DNA from: Chryseobacterium sp.
GTDB lineage: Bacteria; Bacteroidota; Bacteroidia; Flavobacteriales; Weeksellaceae
Direction: 5' to 3' (one strand)
DNA length: 64,000 nucleotides
Assembly: GCF_031277615.1 (NCBI RefSeq)
Contig: NZ_JAITMC010000038.1
Shown here: in pieces, positions 1 to 9,668 of the stretch
Position numbering within the stretch: the first letter of the stretch is position 1
Layout: each line of letters opens with the position of its first letter
Notes under the pieces: model-generated
What the model was told of the DNA's origin: nothing
The model's input: only the letters and a program-made list of their open reading frames with translations
Databases searched by the model: none
Translations under genes and position numbers: made by a program

Positions 1-1
1 G

Positions 2-127
2 GAAGTATGGGAAGTAAAGCTTCACCTGAATTTCAATCTTCCGGATCCGGCAGAGTTTTACGACCGTTTGAATGATTTAGAAGCAGAAATACAGTATTTA
101 AAAACGAATAGGAATATAAACAATTGA
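2..127 (+). CDS. 3' end of a gene entering from the left edge; resembles the C-terminus of Bacteroidota XRE/LexA(S24)-family regulators
   Basis: Open frame from nt 2 reads EVWEVKLHLNFNLPDPAEFYDRLNDLEAEIQYLKTNRNINN* (TGA 125-127). It is not in the ORF track because it is truncated. Family call is from recalled similarity only. Confidence 0.55.
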   Translation, partial: EVWEVKLHLNFNLPDPAEFYDRLNDLEAEIQYLKTNRNINN

Positions 128-384
128 TTTTCAGTTGAATTTGGTTTTTATCCGAATCCCCTAAAGGGTACTGAATCATTATTTTTCAGCAATCCGGGCT
201 GCTTTTCAGGCTTTATGGGTTGATTAATCCGGGTGAAAAGGGAGGTAATTGTCCGTGCAGATGTCCACCCAAATGTCCATGCAGCTGTTTTTAATGATCT
301 TTTGTAGGTTGGGTTCCGAAATATTACAAAATGAAAAGATCAGGTTCAGTTCCTTCCTGAAGCTGGTTTTACTGGATTTAAAAT

Positions 385-410
385 AAAAAAGCACCTCGGG
401 GTGCTTTTGT
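385..410. terminator. Intrinsic (probably bidirectional) terminator
   Basis: AAAAAA-GCACC-TCGG-GGTGC-TTTT hairpin flanked by A and T tracts. Confidence 0.65.
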
Positions 411-693
411 CGTTTTGAGTGGATTTAAATAAAATCCGGCATTTGGAAAAACGGAGAATTTTTAGAGAGAATAGCTTAATGGGTTGATATATAGTTGTTA
501 ATGATGAAATTGAATGGTGGGTGTTCTGGACTTTTTAATCTGGTGGGAGTAGATTGTAATTAAAATAACTTTCTGTAAAGGTTTTTTATGGATGGCTCAA
601 ATTCTGTTTATTGGTTGTCTCGGAGATTTTGCAGATGGCACAGATTTATTGAACAGGTTTTGGCTGAAGCCGGAGGATTGGATTTTATTATTT

Positions 694-722
694 AGGTGGG
701 TTAAAACCCACCTCTATTGAAT
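694..722. repeat. Isolated REP-like hairpin (family C)
   Basis: Perfect inverted repeat AGGTGGGTT-AA-AACCCACCT followed by CTATTGAATA. The hairpins in the 27910-28300 array have the same tail. Confidence 0.6.
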
Positions 723-774
723 AGGTCCTACAGCGTTAGTACATTTTATCTCCGTTGAACCCTTTGGTTTACAA

Positions 775-947
775 TTTCCCACAGATCCCGCAGATATCAC
801 AGATTATTATTGTTCTGCTTATTGGTAAGGATGCATATTTCTTACTTATTCCAATAAAAATCGTAGATTTTTAAGAACTTAAGTGAACTTTTATGTGCAA
901 AGAATTTAACTTAAAAGACCACTTAAGTGTTACCCTTTTGTGGTTAA
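775..947 (+). repeat. Dispersed ~200-bp intergenic repeat (family A), single copy
   Basis: TTTCCCACAGATCCCGCAGAT...AATAAAAATCGTAGATTTTTAAGAACTTAAGTGAACTT...CACTTAAGTG...TTTTGTGGTTAAA matches the copies at 9442, 17147 and 27113, and in reverse complement the 5164-5902 array. Confidence 0.8.
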
Positions 948-1063
948 ATATTTCTTCATAAATTCTCCAGATTTAAAAACTACATTGTAAGACATAAAGC
1001 AGTCATTTAATCTTATACTCACCTGTAAACCTCCATTAATTCAACTTCCAGCCTGCAGCCATA

Positions 1064-3226
1064 TCAATTAATCCTGTTCCGTTCCTCTTCATTCCCGAAG
1101 TTTCTGTCTTTGGTTTTCATATTATTATTCCCGAATCTGTAGCTTAAGGAAATTCTGAATCCACGGGTGTAATTATTGTTTCTGATATTGGTGTCTATCC
1201 CATTAGACTGATAGGAGATCAAAGGTTTCTGACCGTTCAGGATATCGGTTGCGGCAACGGTTACAGATAACTTTTTATCAAGGCATAAAAATTTAACGGC
1301 AACATCCATGATATTCATTGTAGAAATGTGAAAGATCTGGTATCTTCCCGGAAGCTGTAATGCATAATTAACACTCAGGGATACGGTTTTTTCCTGATTT
1401 AAAGTAAAGTCGTTATTGGTATAGAAATACGCATTATACCCATCAATTGATTCTGCAAATGCAACTTTTGATTTTACATTCTGATAATTAACATTGAATC
1501 CCGTGAAACTGTTCCACCATTTCAGTGTATTGAAATTATACGAGGTGGAAAATCCGATCTGATAGGTATCTGCATAGTTCACCGGAGTATTTCGGGTAAT
1601 ATTGGTTTCTCCATCCAGAATGGATAAGGCCTGCCCGAAATCTGAAACTTTTGAATAGTACAGCGAAGAGATCCATTTTTGCCCGTTTACGTAAGTGAAT
1701 TCTACATTATCAATAACAGAAGGTTTCAGGTACGGATTCCCTTCAGAATAATAAAAAGGGCTGGTACGAACGACGAACGGATTCAGATAATCAAAACCGG
1801 GGCGTCTGATTCTTCGGTTGTAGTTTAATGAAAGCGAATGGTTGCTGTTCAGGGTATAGGTTACATAGGCTGTAGGAAACAGTTTAATATAGTCATTTTT
1901 ATCCGTTCGGCCTGTATTTTCGGAAAGTCCTTTGGTTTGAGTGGCTTCAGCACGAAGTCCCAGTTTGGCTTCCCAATGATCGTTGAATTTCCTGTTTAAA
2001 GATACATAGGCTGCTTCATTGTATTCCTTATAAACGAATGTATTGGATTGGTCGGTATTCAGGATAGGAGCTCCTGTTTCTTTTCCGTAAACGGTAAGGT
2101 CATTATCGGTCCTTGTATAGGAAAATCGGGCTCCGAAATTAAGGTCTGCCCATGAAAGTTTGGTTTCCAGATCGGCTTTTCCGGAATAGTTGCGGATTCT
2201 GTTGATGTTGGTATTCAATGCTGAAAAGTAGGTGCCGGGAATCGGTTGATATCCTGCATTAAGCTCTTCGCCGCTAAAATCCCTGCGGTCTGTTTTTTTA
2301 TACTGAAAGAAATCAAAATCTGTGGAAAGAACTGTTCCGGTACTGTCTGTTTTGATGGTATTGAACCAGTTGAAGGTATGGGTGCTGGGTTTATTGGATG
2401 CATTAACATCGGATGCAATGAAGGAATCCGCATTCATATTTCCGTAGTTCATTCTTGAAGTAAGGGGAGCGCTGGAAGAATTTTCCTGGTTAAAGCTTCC
2501 CAGATATTTTATTCCGGACGTCCATTTTTCAGAGATTTTGTAATCTGCACCCAGGCTCAGTCCTGTATTTTTGTTTTTGTCCCTGCCGGTCTCATTCATT
2601 GCCCATAATTCTTTCTGATAATAGGTTTGGCTTTCAGAGAAAGAACGGAGTTTCTGCTGTTCCGTATAAAGAGATGCCTGAAGAGATAGTTTTTCACGGT
2701 TATAGGCAAATGTCCCCTGAAGGCTGTTTCCTGCGTAATATCTTTGGGTGTAATTGGCTCCGGCACTGGCATTCCAGGAATTGTTTCTGGCTTTTTTTAG
2801 TCTGATATTGATAATGCCGCTGTTTCCTTCCGCTTCATATTTTGCGGGTGGTGCAGTAATAATTTCTATACTTTTGATATTATCGGAAGGAATGGTTTTT
2901 AAAAAAGAGGCTAATTCGCTTTCCGGCATTCTCTGTAAACGTTCGTCTACCATTACCAATACTTCACCTTTTCCCACAATGGAAACGGATTCGTTCTGTA
3001 CTCTTACCAATGGAGCAGATTTCAGGACATCAAGGGCATTTCCGCCTGTTGCTGCTGCGGAATTTTCAACATGATAGATCATCCGGTCCACTTTTTTCTC
3101 AATGACCTTTTTACGGTTTTTGATCACAACGGCTTCCAGTGCTGTTTCATCGGTTTTTTCTTTTTCCTGGGCATTGATGCTGTAGATAGAGAGAAGAAGA
3201 AAGGCAGGAATTAATAGAGATTTCAT
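1064..3226 (-). CDS. TonB-dependent receptor / outer-membrane beta-barrel protein
   Basis: 720 aa with signal peptide, plug-like region (DVLKSAPLVRV...IEIITAPPAKYEAEGNSGIINIRLKK) and amphipathic beta strands ending ISLSYRFG. Confidence 0.9.
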   Translation of the reverse strand: MKSLLIPAFLLLSIYSINAQEKEKTDETALEAVVIKNRKKVIEKKVDRMIYHVENSAAATGGNALDVLKSAPLVRVQNESVSIVGKGEVLVMVDERLQRMPESELASFLKTIPSDNIKSIEIITAPPAKYEAEGNSGIINIRLKKARNNSWNASAGANYTQRYYAGNSLQGTFAYNREKLSLQASLYTEQQKLRSFSESQTYYQKELWAMNETGRDKNKNTGLSLGADYKISEKWTSGIKYLGSFNQENSSSAPLTSRMNYGNMNADSFIASDVNASNKPSTHTFNWFNTIKTDSTGTVLSTDFDFFQYKKTDRRDFSGEELNAGYQPIPGTYFSALNTNINRIRNYSGKADLETKLSWADLNFGARFSYTRTDNDLTVYGKETGAPILNTDQSNTFVYKEYNEAAYVSLNRKFNDHWEAKLGLRAEATQTKGLSENTGRTDKNDYIKLFPTAYVTYTLNSNHSLSLNYNRRIRRPGFDYLNPFVVRTSPFYYSEGNPYLKPSVIDNVEFTYVNGQKWISSLYYSKVSDFGQALSILDGETNITRNTPVNYADTYQIGFSTSYNFNTLKWWNSFTGFNVNYQNVKSKVAFAESIDGYNAYFYTNNDFTLNQEKTVSLSVNYALQLPGRYQIFHISTMNIMDVAVKFLCLDKKLSVTVAATDILNGQKPLISYQSNGIDTNIRNNNYTRGFRISLSYRFGNNNMKTKDRNFGNEEERNRIN

Positions 3227-3280
3227 AGGTTTTGTATTTATTTTGCAGCAAAACTGCTTCTTTGTACAGTGTGATGCTAC

Positions 3281-3312
3281 TTTTATCGACGTTTCCCGGG
3301 ATTTTATCTACG
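3281..3312. promoter_or_regulatory. Putative LytTR binding site (direct repeat, 21-bp period)
   Basis: TTTTATCGACG (3281-3291) and TTTTATCTACG (3302-3312), lying between the divergent receptor and LytS/LytTR genes. Confidence 0.55.
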
Positions 3313-3370
3313 AACCCGGTCAATTGCTCACCTTTAAAATCCTATTTTTACAAAAAAATTAATCACCGGA

Positions 3371-4396
3371 ATGGATCAACTTTATCTGAACAGGAAAACA
3401 GAGATCGGCCTGCATCTTTTATTTTGGGGCCTGACCCTGTATTTTGTAGTGGTTGGCAATACAGCTTATTATCTGAACATTTCGGAAATCGATCTGTTCC
3501 TTAAGACCTATGCTGTTGTTTTTGTCCTTACTTTCTATTTTCATTACTGGTTGGTTATGCCGAAGGTCTTTAAAGATTTTAAATGGCCGAAGCTGATCGC
3601 CGGGATTGCCGCTTCTTATCTGTTTTTTACCCTGACCCGTTTTATAGCAGAACAATTGGTGACAGACTGGTGGTTTGGAAAGACCAATTATACTAATCCT
3701 ATCCTCGGAAATTATCTGGCTGATAACCTTTTGTACAGTCCGAGGCCCATTATCCTCAGTTCATTTTTATGGCTGGTGATCCACGTTATCCGCCTTCTGG
3801 AATATAATAAAATCATTCTGGAGGAACAGAAAAATACGGAGATCAAATTTCTGAAAGCTCAGATCAATCCGCATTTTATTTTTAATACTTTGAATAATAT
3901 CTATTCTATGGTACATTTTCAGTCACCGGAATCGCTCTCTGCCATTGAAAAGCTCAGCAGTATTATGCGTTTTACGACCTATGAAGCCCAGAAAGAACAT
4001 ATTGCCCTGTCCGAAGAGGTCGATTATATCAAGGCTTATATTGAACTGGAACAGCTTCGGCATTATGAAGATCATATCGTACACTGGACCACAGATATTG
4101 AAGATGAAAAAATCCGGATTGCTCCTTATATTCTTTCACCTCTGGTAGAAAATGCCCTGAAACACGGTGCTTATTCCGATAAAAACCCTATAGAAATTAT
4201 TATAAAAACAGATGCCGGGCAATTGAATTTTGAAGTCATCAACACCATCGGAAAACAGAAAACAGATAAATTGGGCGGAATTGGTTTGGATAACCTGAAA
4301 AACAGACTGGATATGCTGTATCCGAATCGATATGAACTTAAAACCGACCGTTCTGACAATCAATTTAAAGCCTCTATATACCTTCAATTCTCATGA
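3371..4396 (+). CDS. LytS/YehU-family membrane sensor histidine kinase
   Basis: N-terminal TM helices; LKAQINPHFIFNTLNNI, PLVENALKHG and GGIGLDNLKNRL motifs. Confidence 0.93.
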   Translation: MDQLYLNRKTEIGLHLLFWGLTLYFVVVGNTAYYLNISEIDLFLKTYAVVFVLTFYFHYWLVMPKVFKDFKWPKLIAGIAASYLFFTLTRFIAEQLVTDWWFGKTNYTNPILGNYLADNLLYSPRPIILSSFLWLVIHVIRLLEYNKIILEEQKNTEIKFLKAQINPHFIFNTLNNIYSMVHFQSPESLSAIEKLSSIMRFTTYEAQKEHIALSEEVDYIKAYIELEQLRHYEDHIVHWTTDIEDEKIRIAPYILSPLVENALKHGAYSDKNPIEIIIKTDAGQLNFEVINTIGKQKTDKLGGIGLDNLKNRLDMLYPNRYELKTDRSDNQFKASIYLQFS

Positions 4397-5097
4397 AACA
4401 AAAGATCAACTGTATTATACTGGACGATGAGCCGTTTGCGGTAAGGCTCCTGAATGATTACGCATTGAAAGCCGGAGTTCTTCATGTAGTGTATGCCGGA
4501 AGCGATGTATATGAGGTGATGAAAATCCTGAGATCAGAAAATATCGACCTTATTTTCATCGATATTCAGATGCCTGAACTGACAGGTATTGAAATGATGA
4601 AAATGTTCAATAAGAACCATAATTTCATTGTAACCACCGCCTACGCAGAATATGCCCTGGAAGCTTTTGACTTCCATGTTGTGGATTTTTTACTGAAACC
4701 CATTATATTTAACCGCTTTTACCAGAGTGTAGAAAAATTTATTCAGTGGCAGCAGGCATTTGCACCCACTTCCCAGACGGAATATCTGCTGATCCGTGCC
4801 GACCGTAAATACTATAAAATAGCTTTTGAAGAGATCATTTATATTGAAGGTCTGAAAGATTATATCCGGATACACACCGCCAACGATAAAGTAATGATGC
4901 TTGAAAATATGAAAGATATCCTGGAAAAGCTGCCTGAAAACCGTTTTATGAGGATTCACAGGTCTTATATTATTGCTACGGATAAAATCAAGGTGATTGA
5001 AGGAAACCGGATCCAGATGCGGAACATGGATTTTGTGACCGTAGGAGAGACGTATCGAAAACCCTTTTCTGAATGGATTGAAAATAATGGAATGTGA
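4393..5097 (+). CDS. LytTR-family response regulator
   Basis: Receiver motifs ILDDEP, FIDIQMP, TTAY and FLLKP; LytTR domain IIYIEGLKDY...FMRIHRSYII; 4-nt overlap with the kinase. Confidence 0.95.
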   Translation: MKQKINCIILDDEPFAVRLLNDYALKAGVLHVVYAGSDVYEVMKILRSENIDLIFIDIQMPELTGIEMMKMFNKNHNFIVTTAYAEYALEAFDFHVVDFLLKPIIFNRFYQSVEKFIQWQQAFAPTSQTEYLLIRADRKYYKIAFEEIIYIEGLKDYIRIHTANDKVMMLENMKDILEKLPENRFMRIHRSYIIATDKIKVIEGNRIQMRNMDFVTVGETYRKPFSEWIENNGM

Positions 5098-5163
5098 CGG
5101 TTGAAATCACCTGAAAGCTTTCAAAAAAACAATAAATACTGAATGTTTGAGGAATTTTTTTTA

Positions 5164-5902
5164 ACCGCAAAGATTTTTGACACTTGAGTAATTTTAAGTT
5201 AATGCATTGCGCATAGAAGTTCACTAAAGTTCTTAAAAATCAAAGATTTTTATTGGGATGAAATATAAAATCTGCTTAATCAGCGAAATCTGCGTGAGAA
5301 GAAATACCCACAAACATCAGTGCAATTTGTATGATCTGCGGGAAACTCTTTTAAACCACAAAAGGTACAAAGATTTTTGACACGTAAGTAACCTTGAGTT
5401 TAATGTATTGCGCATAGAAGTTCACTAAAGTTCTTAAAAATCAAAGATTTTTATTGGGATGAAATATAAAATCTGCTTAATCAGCGAAATCTGCGTGAAA
5501 AAAATATCCACAAGATCTGCGAAATTTGTGGGATCTGTGGGAAACTCTTTTCAACCACAAACCGAAGGTTCGACGGAGTCAAAAGCCACAAAAGGGACAA
5601 GATTTTTAACACTTGAGTAATTTTAAGTTAAATGCATGTCGCATAGAAGTTCACTAAAGTCTTAAAAATCAAATATTTTTATTGGAATTAAGTAAGAAAT
5701 ATGCATCCTTGCCAATAAGTAAAACAATAATAATCTGTGACATCTGCGGGATCTGTGGGAAACTCTTTTAAACTACAAAAGGGACAAAGATTTTTGAAAC
5801 TTGAGTAATTTTAAGTTAATGCATTGCGCATAGAAGTTCACTAAAGTTCTTAAAAATCAAAGATTTTTATAAAATCTGCCTCATCGGCGAAATCAGCGAG
5901 AG
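5164..5902 (-). repeat. Tandem array of ~4 family-A units (about 190-230 bp period)
   Basis: Anchor CAA(A)GATTTTT recurs at 5168, 5368, 5598 and 5785. Each unit has TAGAAGTTCACTAAAGT(T)CTTAAAAATCAAA and GGGAAACTCTTTT. Lies between convergent genes. Confidence 0.9.
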
Positions 5903-6028
5903 TCAAATTTAATATTAAGATTTATACAAATCGATAATGTGGTTTAATTAAAACACGCCTTATTCAAAAATCTATTTGATTTTCTTAATAATCTTCATTC
6001 ACCTTAATGGTGCAAATTATTTTTAATA

Positions 6029-6964
6029 TTACAAATATTTCTGAAACCACTCATCAATCTCCCGGAAAACCTCTGTTTTTATTTCTTCATTCAGGATTTC
6101 GTGGCGCATTTCCGGATAAAGTTTACAGCTGATGTTGGTAAATCCGTCGTGCTTCAGATTATTAACCGTTTTCATCACTCCCTTTCCGAAATCTCCGATC
6201 GGATCATTCTGCCCGCTGATCAATAAAATCGGAAAGGACTTAGGAATAGAATCAGCCCAGTTTCTTGCCGTCGCTTTTTTGTAAATGCTGAACAGGGCAT
6301 AGAAGGCATTGTTGGTGAAGGGAATTCCACAGAGTTCATCCTCTTCAAATACTTTCCTGTTGGCTCGATTCAGACTGAGCCAGCTTGTATCACTGAAATC
6401 CGGGTCCTTCTTAAAATGGCTGTTATTGACTTTATTAAAAAGTGTATTGAGATAAGTAGGATAATGATGAGCTATGGTATTGGCCAGGGACAGATATCCT
6501 TTTATAAAACTGATTCCGGCTAAAGGACCTCCGGTTCCGGTGATGACTGCTCCGGTAAACTGGCTGGCTGCTTTTTGAAGAAGACATCTCGTTACAAATG
6601 AGCCCATAGAATGGCCGAGTACAAAATGGGGAACATCCGGATATTGCTGATGAAGATGGGCTGCCATAACCTTTGCATCAGCAATCAGCCTTTTATCCGG
6701 CCTGTGAAGCTGGAAGAATCCGATGTCTTTTTTATCTTTCACCGATTTGCCGTGTCCCAAATGATCATACGTAAGAACTGCAAACCCCCGTTCAGCAAAA
6801 TAGGCAGCTATTTCAGTATATCTTCCGCTGTGCTCCTGCATACCGTGGATGATGAGGAGGGTGGCTTTGGGAGGGATAGCTTCCGGAATGAAAAGGGTGT
6901 GGAAGAGTTGAGGCTCAATAGCAGAAGATGGAGATAGGTAAGATGATTTTTGCAAATAAGTCAT
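6029..6964 (-). CDS. Alpha/beta hydrolase (lysophospholipase / Hydrolase_4-like)
   Basis: IHGMQEHSGRY, YDHLGHG, nucleophile elbow GHSMG, GQNDPI, MRHEILNE. Confidence 0.9.
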   Translation of the reverse strand: MTYLQKSSYLSPSSAIEPQLFHTLFIPEAIPPKATLLIIHGMQEHSGRYTEIAAYFAERGFAVLTYDHLGHGKSVKDKKDIGFFQLHRPDKRLIADAKVMAAHLHQQYPDVPHFVLGHSMGSFVTRCLLQKAASQFTGAVITGTGGPLAGISFIKGYLSLANTIAHHYPTYLNTLFNKVNNSHFKKDPDFSDTSWLSLNRANRKVFEEDELCGIPFTNNAFYALFSIYKKATARNWADSIPKSFPILLISGQNDPIGDFGKGVMKTVNNLKHDGFTNISCKLYPEMRHEILNEEIKTEVFREIDEWFQKYL

Positions 6965-7015
6965 GTTGAATTTATTTTTAAATTTCTAAGAGAATGGAAG
7001 TTAGAGAATGTTAGA

Positions 7016-7861
7016 TTACTCTATTTGATAAAGTTTTCTATTTTTTAGATTCACCTTTATTTTTCCAATTCCTCTTCCTCCATTAAAAAGGATTTTTCTT
7101 TTTGTATCTTCATTGAACTGATTAATTCTCATTTCGAAAACTTCATATTTTCTATTTACAGTTTCTACAGTTGTTTTGAACAGCCGGTCATCTGCAATTT
7201 TAACATAAAAAATATCGTTTTCTACAGCTTTAAAATGGTAATCAAAACCTGTATTTAAACATAACTCGCGACTCTTTAATTCTAGTTCTGTAATTCTATC
7301 TAAATATACATCATACGAAGAGATAAATATTGTGTTTTTATCTATTTCTTTGATAAAATGAAAATCATCGAAAATTTGTAAAGCTTTAAATGAAGTAATT
7401 AAAAATTCCTTTTCTTTGAATTTATAGACGTAATCATATAAATGTTGTAATTCAGACATATCTAATCTTCGCCAGTCGTTAGAAAATTCTATTACCTGAT
7501 GCTGATCTGTGTTTTCTTGGGGTATAAAGTTGAGTTTCTTAGAATATATATTAATATTATTAAACTTTTTATTATATGAATAAGTAGTATTATCTGTACA
7601 AGGATGTTTTGGCCATGGCGGCCCTAGTTGGTCAAAGTAGACCCTGCTTCCATGATAATTTTGATAAAAAAAGACATTCTCTGAGCATACAGGACATTTT
7701 GCATTGGGAACAGTAAAAGAGAATGATTTTACTGGGAATATTTCTAATACGTTATCTGCGTAATTAGTTTTAGCTAAATACTGCTGATATTTATTAAAAT
7801 TATTTGTTCCTTCACCAAATCCGCATCCGCAATACTTTGAATGATTATGAGCTGTGCACAT
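7016..7861 (-). CDS. AT-rich hypothetical protein with N-terminal Cys/His (putative Zn-binding) motifs
   Basis: 281 aa; MCTAHNHSKYCGCG, KCPVC, GSRVYFDQLGPPWPKHPC. Sampled 60-nt lines are 18-27% GC versus about 43% in purA. Confidence 0.75.
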   Translation of the reverse strand: MCTAHNHSKYCGCGFGEGTNNFNKYQQYLAKTNYADNVLEIFPVKSFSFTVPNAKCPVCSENVFFYQNYHGSRVYFDQLGPPWPKHPCTDNTTYSYNKKFNNINIYSKKLNFIPQENTDQHQVIEFSNDWRRLDMSELQHLYDYVYKFKEKEFLITSFKALQIFDDFHFIKEIDKNTIFISSYDVYLDRITELELKSRELCLNTGFDYHFKAVENDIFYVKIADDRLFKTTVETVNRKYEVFEMRINQFNEDTKRKILFNGGRGIGKIKVNLKNRKLYQIE

Positions 7862-7978
7862 TAGTTGTATGTATTTTCCGCTAATTTCAAATATATGGAA
7901 ATTAGCTTAAAAAAGAATTGAGAATTTTGTTTCAAGCATATGATTTTCATTCTATTCAAAAATAAAATCTGTCTATAA

Positions 7979-8010
7979 TTTGCTCACCCTATTTTTTCAG
8001 AGTAATTTTG
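7979..8010 (+). promoter_or_regulatory. Bacteroidota housekeeping promoter for purA
   Basis: TTTG (7979-7982), a 20-nt spacer, then TAATTTTG (8003-8010), matching the -33/-7 consensus. Confidence 0.65.
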
Positions 8011-8036
8011 CATGAATCTAAAAACAAAAGTAAAAT

Positions 8037-9323
8037 ATGTCAACTTACGTAGTTGTAGGTCTTCAGTACGGAGATGAGGGTAAAGGAAAAATCACGGATG
8101 TTTTATCCGCAAAATCGGATTACGTTGTACGTTTCCAGGGCGGTGATAATGCCGGCCATACGGTTTATGTGGGCGATGAAAAATTCGTACTTCACCTTCT
8201 TCCTTCAGGGGTGCTGCAGTGCAAAGGGAAGTGTATCATTGCGAACGGAGTAGTGGTAAACCCTAAATCTTTTATTAAGGAAGTTAGCCAGATCGAAAGC
8301 AAAGGCCTGAGAACGGACCACATTTTTATCAGCAGAAGAGCGCATGTGATCATGCCTTACCATATTCTTTTGGATACGTACCGTGAAGAGGAACATGGCG
8401 GAACTCAGATCGGAACTACTAAAAAAGGAATCGGACCTTGCTATGAAGATAAAATAGCAAGAGTAGGAATCAGAATGGTTGACCTTTTGAATCCTGAGAT
8501 TTTAAGAGAAAAAATCGAGAAAAACTTAAAAGTTAAGAATTCTCTTTTTGAAAAATATTACGGAAAGCCGGTATTGGATGTTGAAGAAATCTACAACGAG
8601 TTTCTGGAGATCGGAAAACAGCTTCAGGACAGAATCGTTGATACGGAACTGGAACTGAACGAGGCGATCCACGAAGGGAAGAACGTATTATTCGAAGGAG
8701 CCCAGGCATTGATGCTTGATATCGATTTCGGAACTTATCCATACGTGACTTCATCTTCTCCGTCTACAGGAGGAGTTTGTTCAGGTGCCGGAGTACCTCC
8801 TACATCGCTTCAGAACCTGATCGGAGTTGCCAAAGCATACTGTACAAGAGTTGGAAACGGACCTTTCCCTACTGAATTGGATAATGAATTAGGAGAAAAA
8901 ATCAGACAGATCGGGGGTGAGTTCGGTGCTACAACCGGAAGACCAAGAAGAACGGGATGGTTAGACCTTGTTTCTTTAAAGCATGCCTGTATGATCAACG
9001 GAATCAACAATCTTGTCATTACTAAGCTTGACGTTCTTACCGGAATTGATACCCTGAAAATCGCGACCCACTATAAAACAGAGGACGGGAAAATCATCGA
9101 TTATTTTACTTCTTCCACAACAAAATTATACGACTACGAAGCGATTTATGAAGAACTTCCGGGATGGAATGAAGATATCACGAAAGCCAGAAGCTATGAT
9201 GAGCTTCCTGACAACGCGCAGAAGTATATCGAGTTCATCGAGAAATACTTAGGAATCAATGTATATCTTGTTTCTGTAGGTCCTGAAAGAAGCCAGAACA
9301 TCATCAGAAAAGAATTATTCTAA
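8037..9323 (+). CDS. purA: Adenylosuccinate synthetase
   Basis: QYGDEGKGK, RFQGGDNAGHT, GTTKKGIGPCY, EFGATTGRPRRTGW. Confidence 0.99.
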   Translation: MSTYVVVGLQYGDEGKGKITDVLSAKSDYVVRFQGGDNAGHTVYVGDEKFVLHLLPSGVLQCKGKCIIANGVVVNPKSFIKEVSQIESKGLRTDHIFISRRAHVIMPYHILLDTYREEEHGGTQIGTTKKGIGPCYEDKIARVGIRMVDLLNPEILREKIEKNLKVKNSLFEKYYGKPVLDVEEIYNEFLEIGKQLQDRIVDTELELNEAIHEGKNVLFEGAQALMLDIDFGTYPYVTSSSPSTGGVCSGAGVPPTSLQNLIGVAKAYCTRVGNGPFPTELDNELGEKIRQIGGEFGATTGRPRRTGWLDLVSLKHACMINGINNLVITKLDVLTGIDTLKIATHYKTEDGKIIDYFTSSTTKLYDYEAIYEELPGWNEDITKARSYDELPDNAQKYIEFIEKYLGINVYLVSVGPERSQNIIRKELF

Positions 9324-9343
9324 AAAGAATATGATCTTATAAT

Positions 9344-9380
9344 AAAAAGACCGTTTCACAAACAGTGGAACGGTTTTTTA
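9344..9380 (+). terminator. purA intrinsic terminator
   Basis: ACCGTTTCAC-AAACA-GTGGAACGGT followed by a T-tract. Confidence 0.75.
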
Positions 9381-9397
9381 TTTTGTGCTTGCAGATT

Positions 9398-9635
9398 CAA
9401 CTTAAAAGATCACTTAAAATGAAACTTTTGTAGGTGAATGATTTCCCACAGATCAAACGAATTTCACAGATCTGGTGGAGATTTTTCTCACGCTGATTTT
9501 GCAGATGGCGCTGATTTTATATTTCATCCCAATAAAAATCTTTGATTTTTAAAAACTTTCGTGAACTTCTACGCGCAAACTATTAAACTTAAAGAAAACT
9601 TAAGTGTCAAAAGCTTTTGTGTCTTTATGGTTAAA
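9398..9635 (+). repeat. Family-A repeat (one full unit plus the tail of another)
   Basis: TTTCCCACAGATC...CCCAATAAAAATCTTTGATTTTTAAAAACTTTCGTGAACTTCTA...CTTAAGTGTCAAAA...TGGTTAAA. Confidence 0.85.
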
Positions 9636-9668
9636 GAGTTCTTGTGGCCGATACAGCCTTGATGTGAA

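Noticed and set aside
214-405. Minus-strand open frame (...FRKELNLIFSFCNISEPNLQKIIKNSCMDIWVDICTDNYLPFHPD*)
   Set aside because: No convincing start codon or RBS context, and it runs through a terminator hairpin; kept only as an alternative reading of the 12-bp repeat
5164-5902. CRISPR array or coding region in the ~200-bp tandem repeats
   Set aside because: Whole units are homologous, the period is too long, and the frames contain frequent stops. Small ORFs over these repeats (e.g. 17317-17502, 27872-28105) are artefacts of the repeat sequence.
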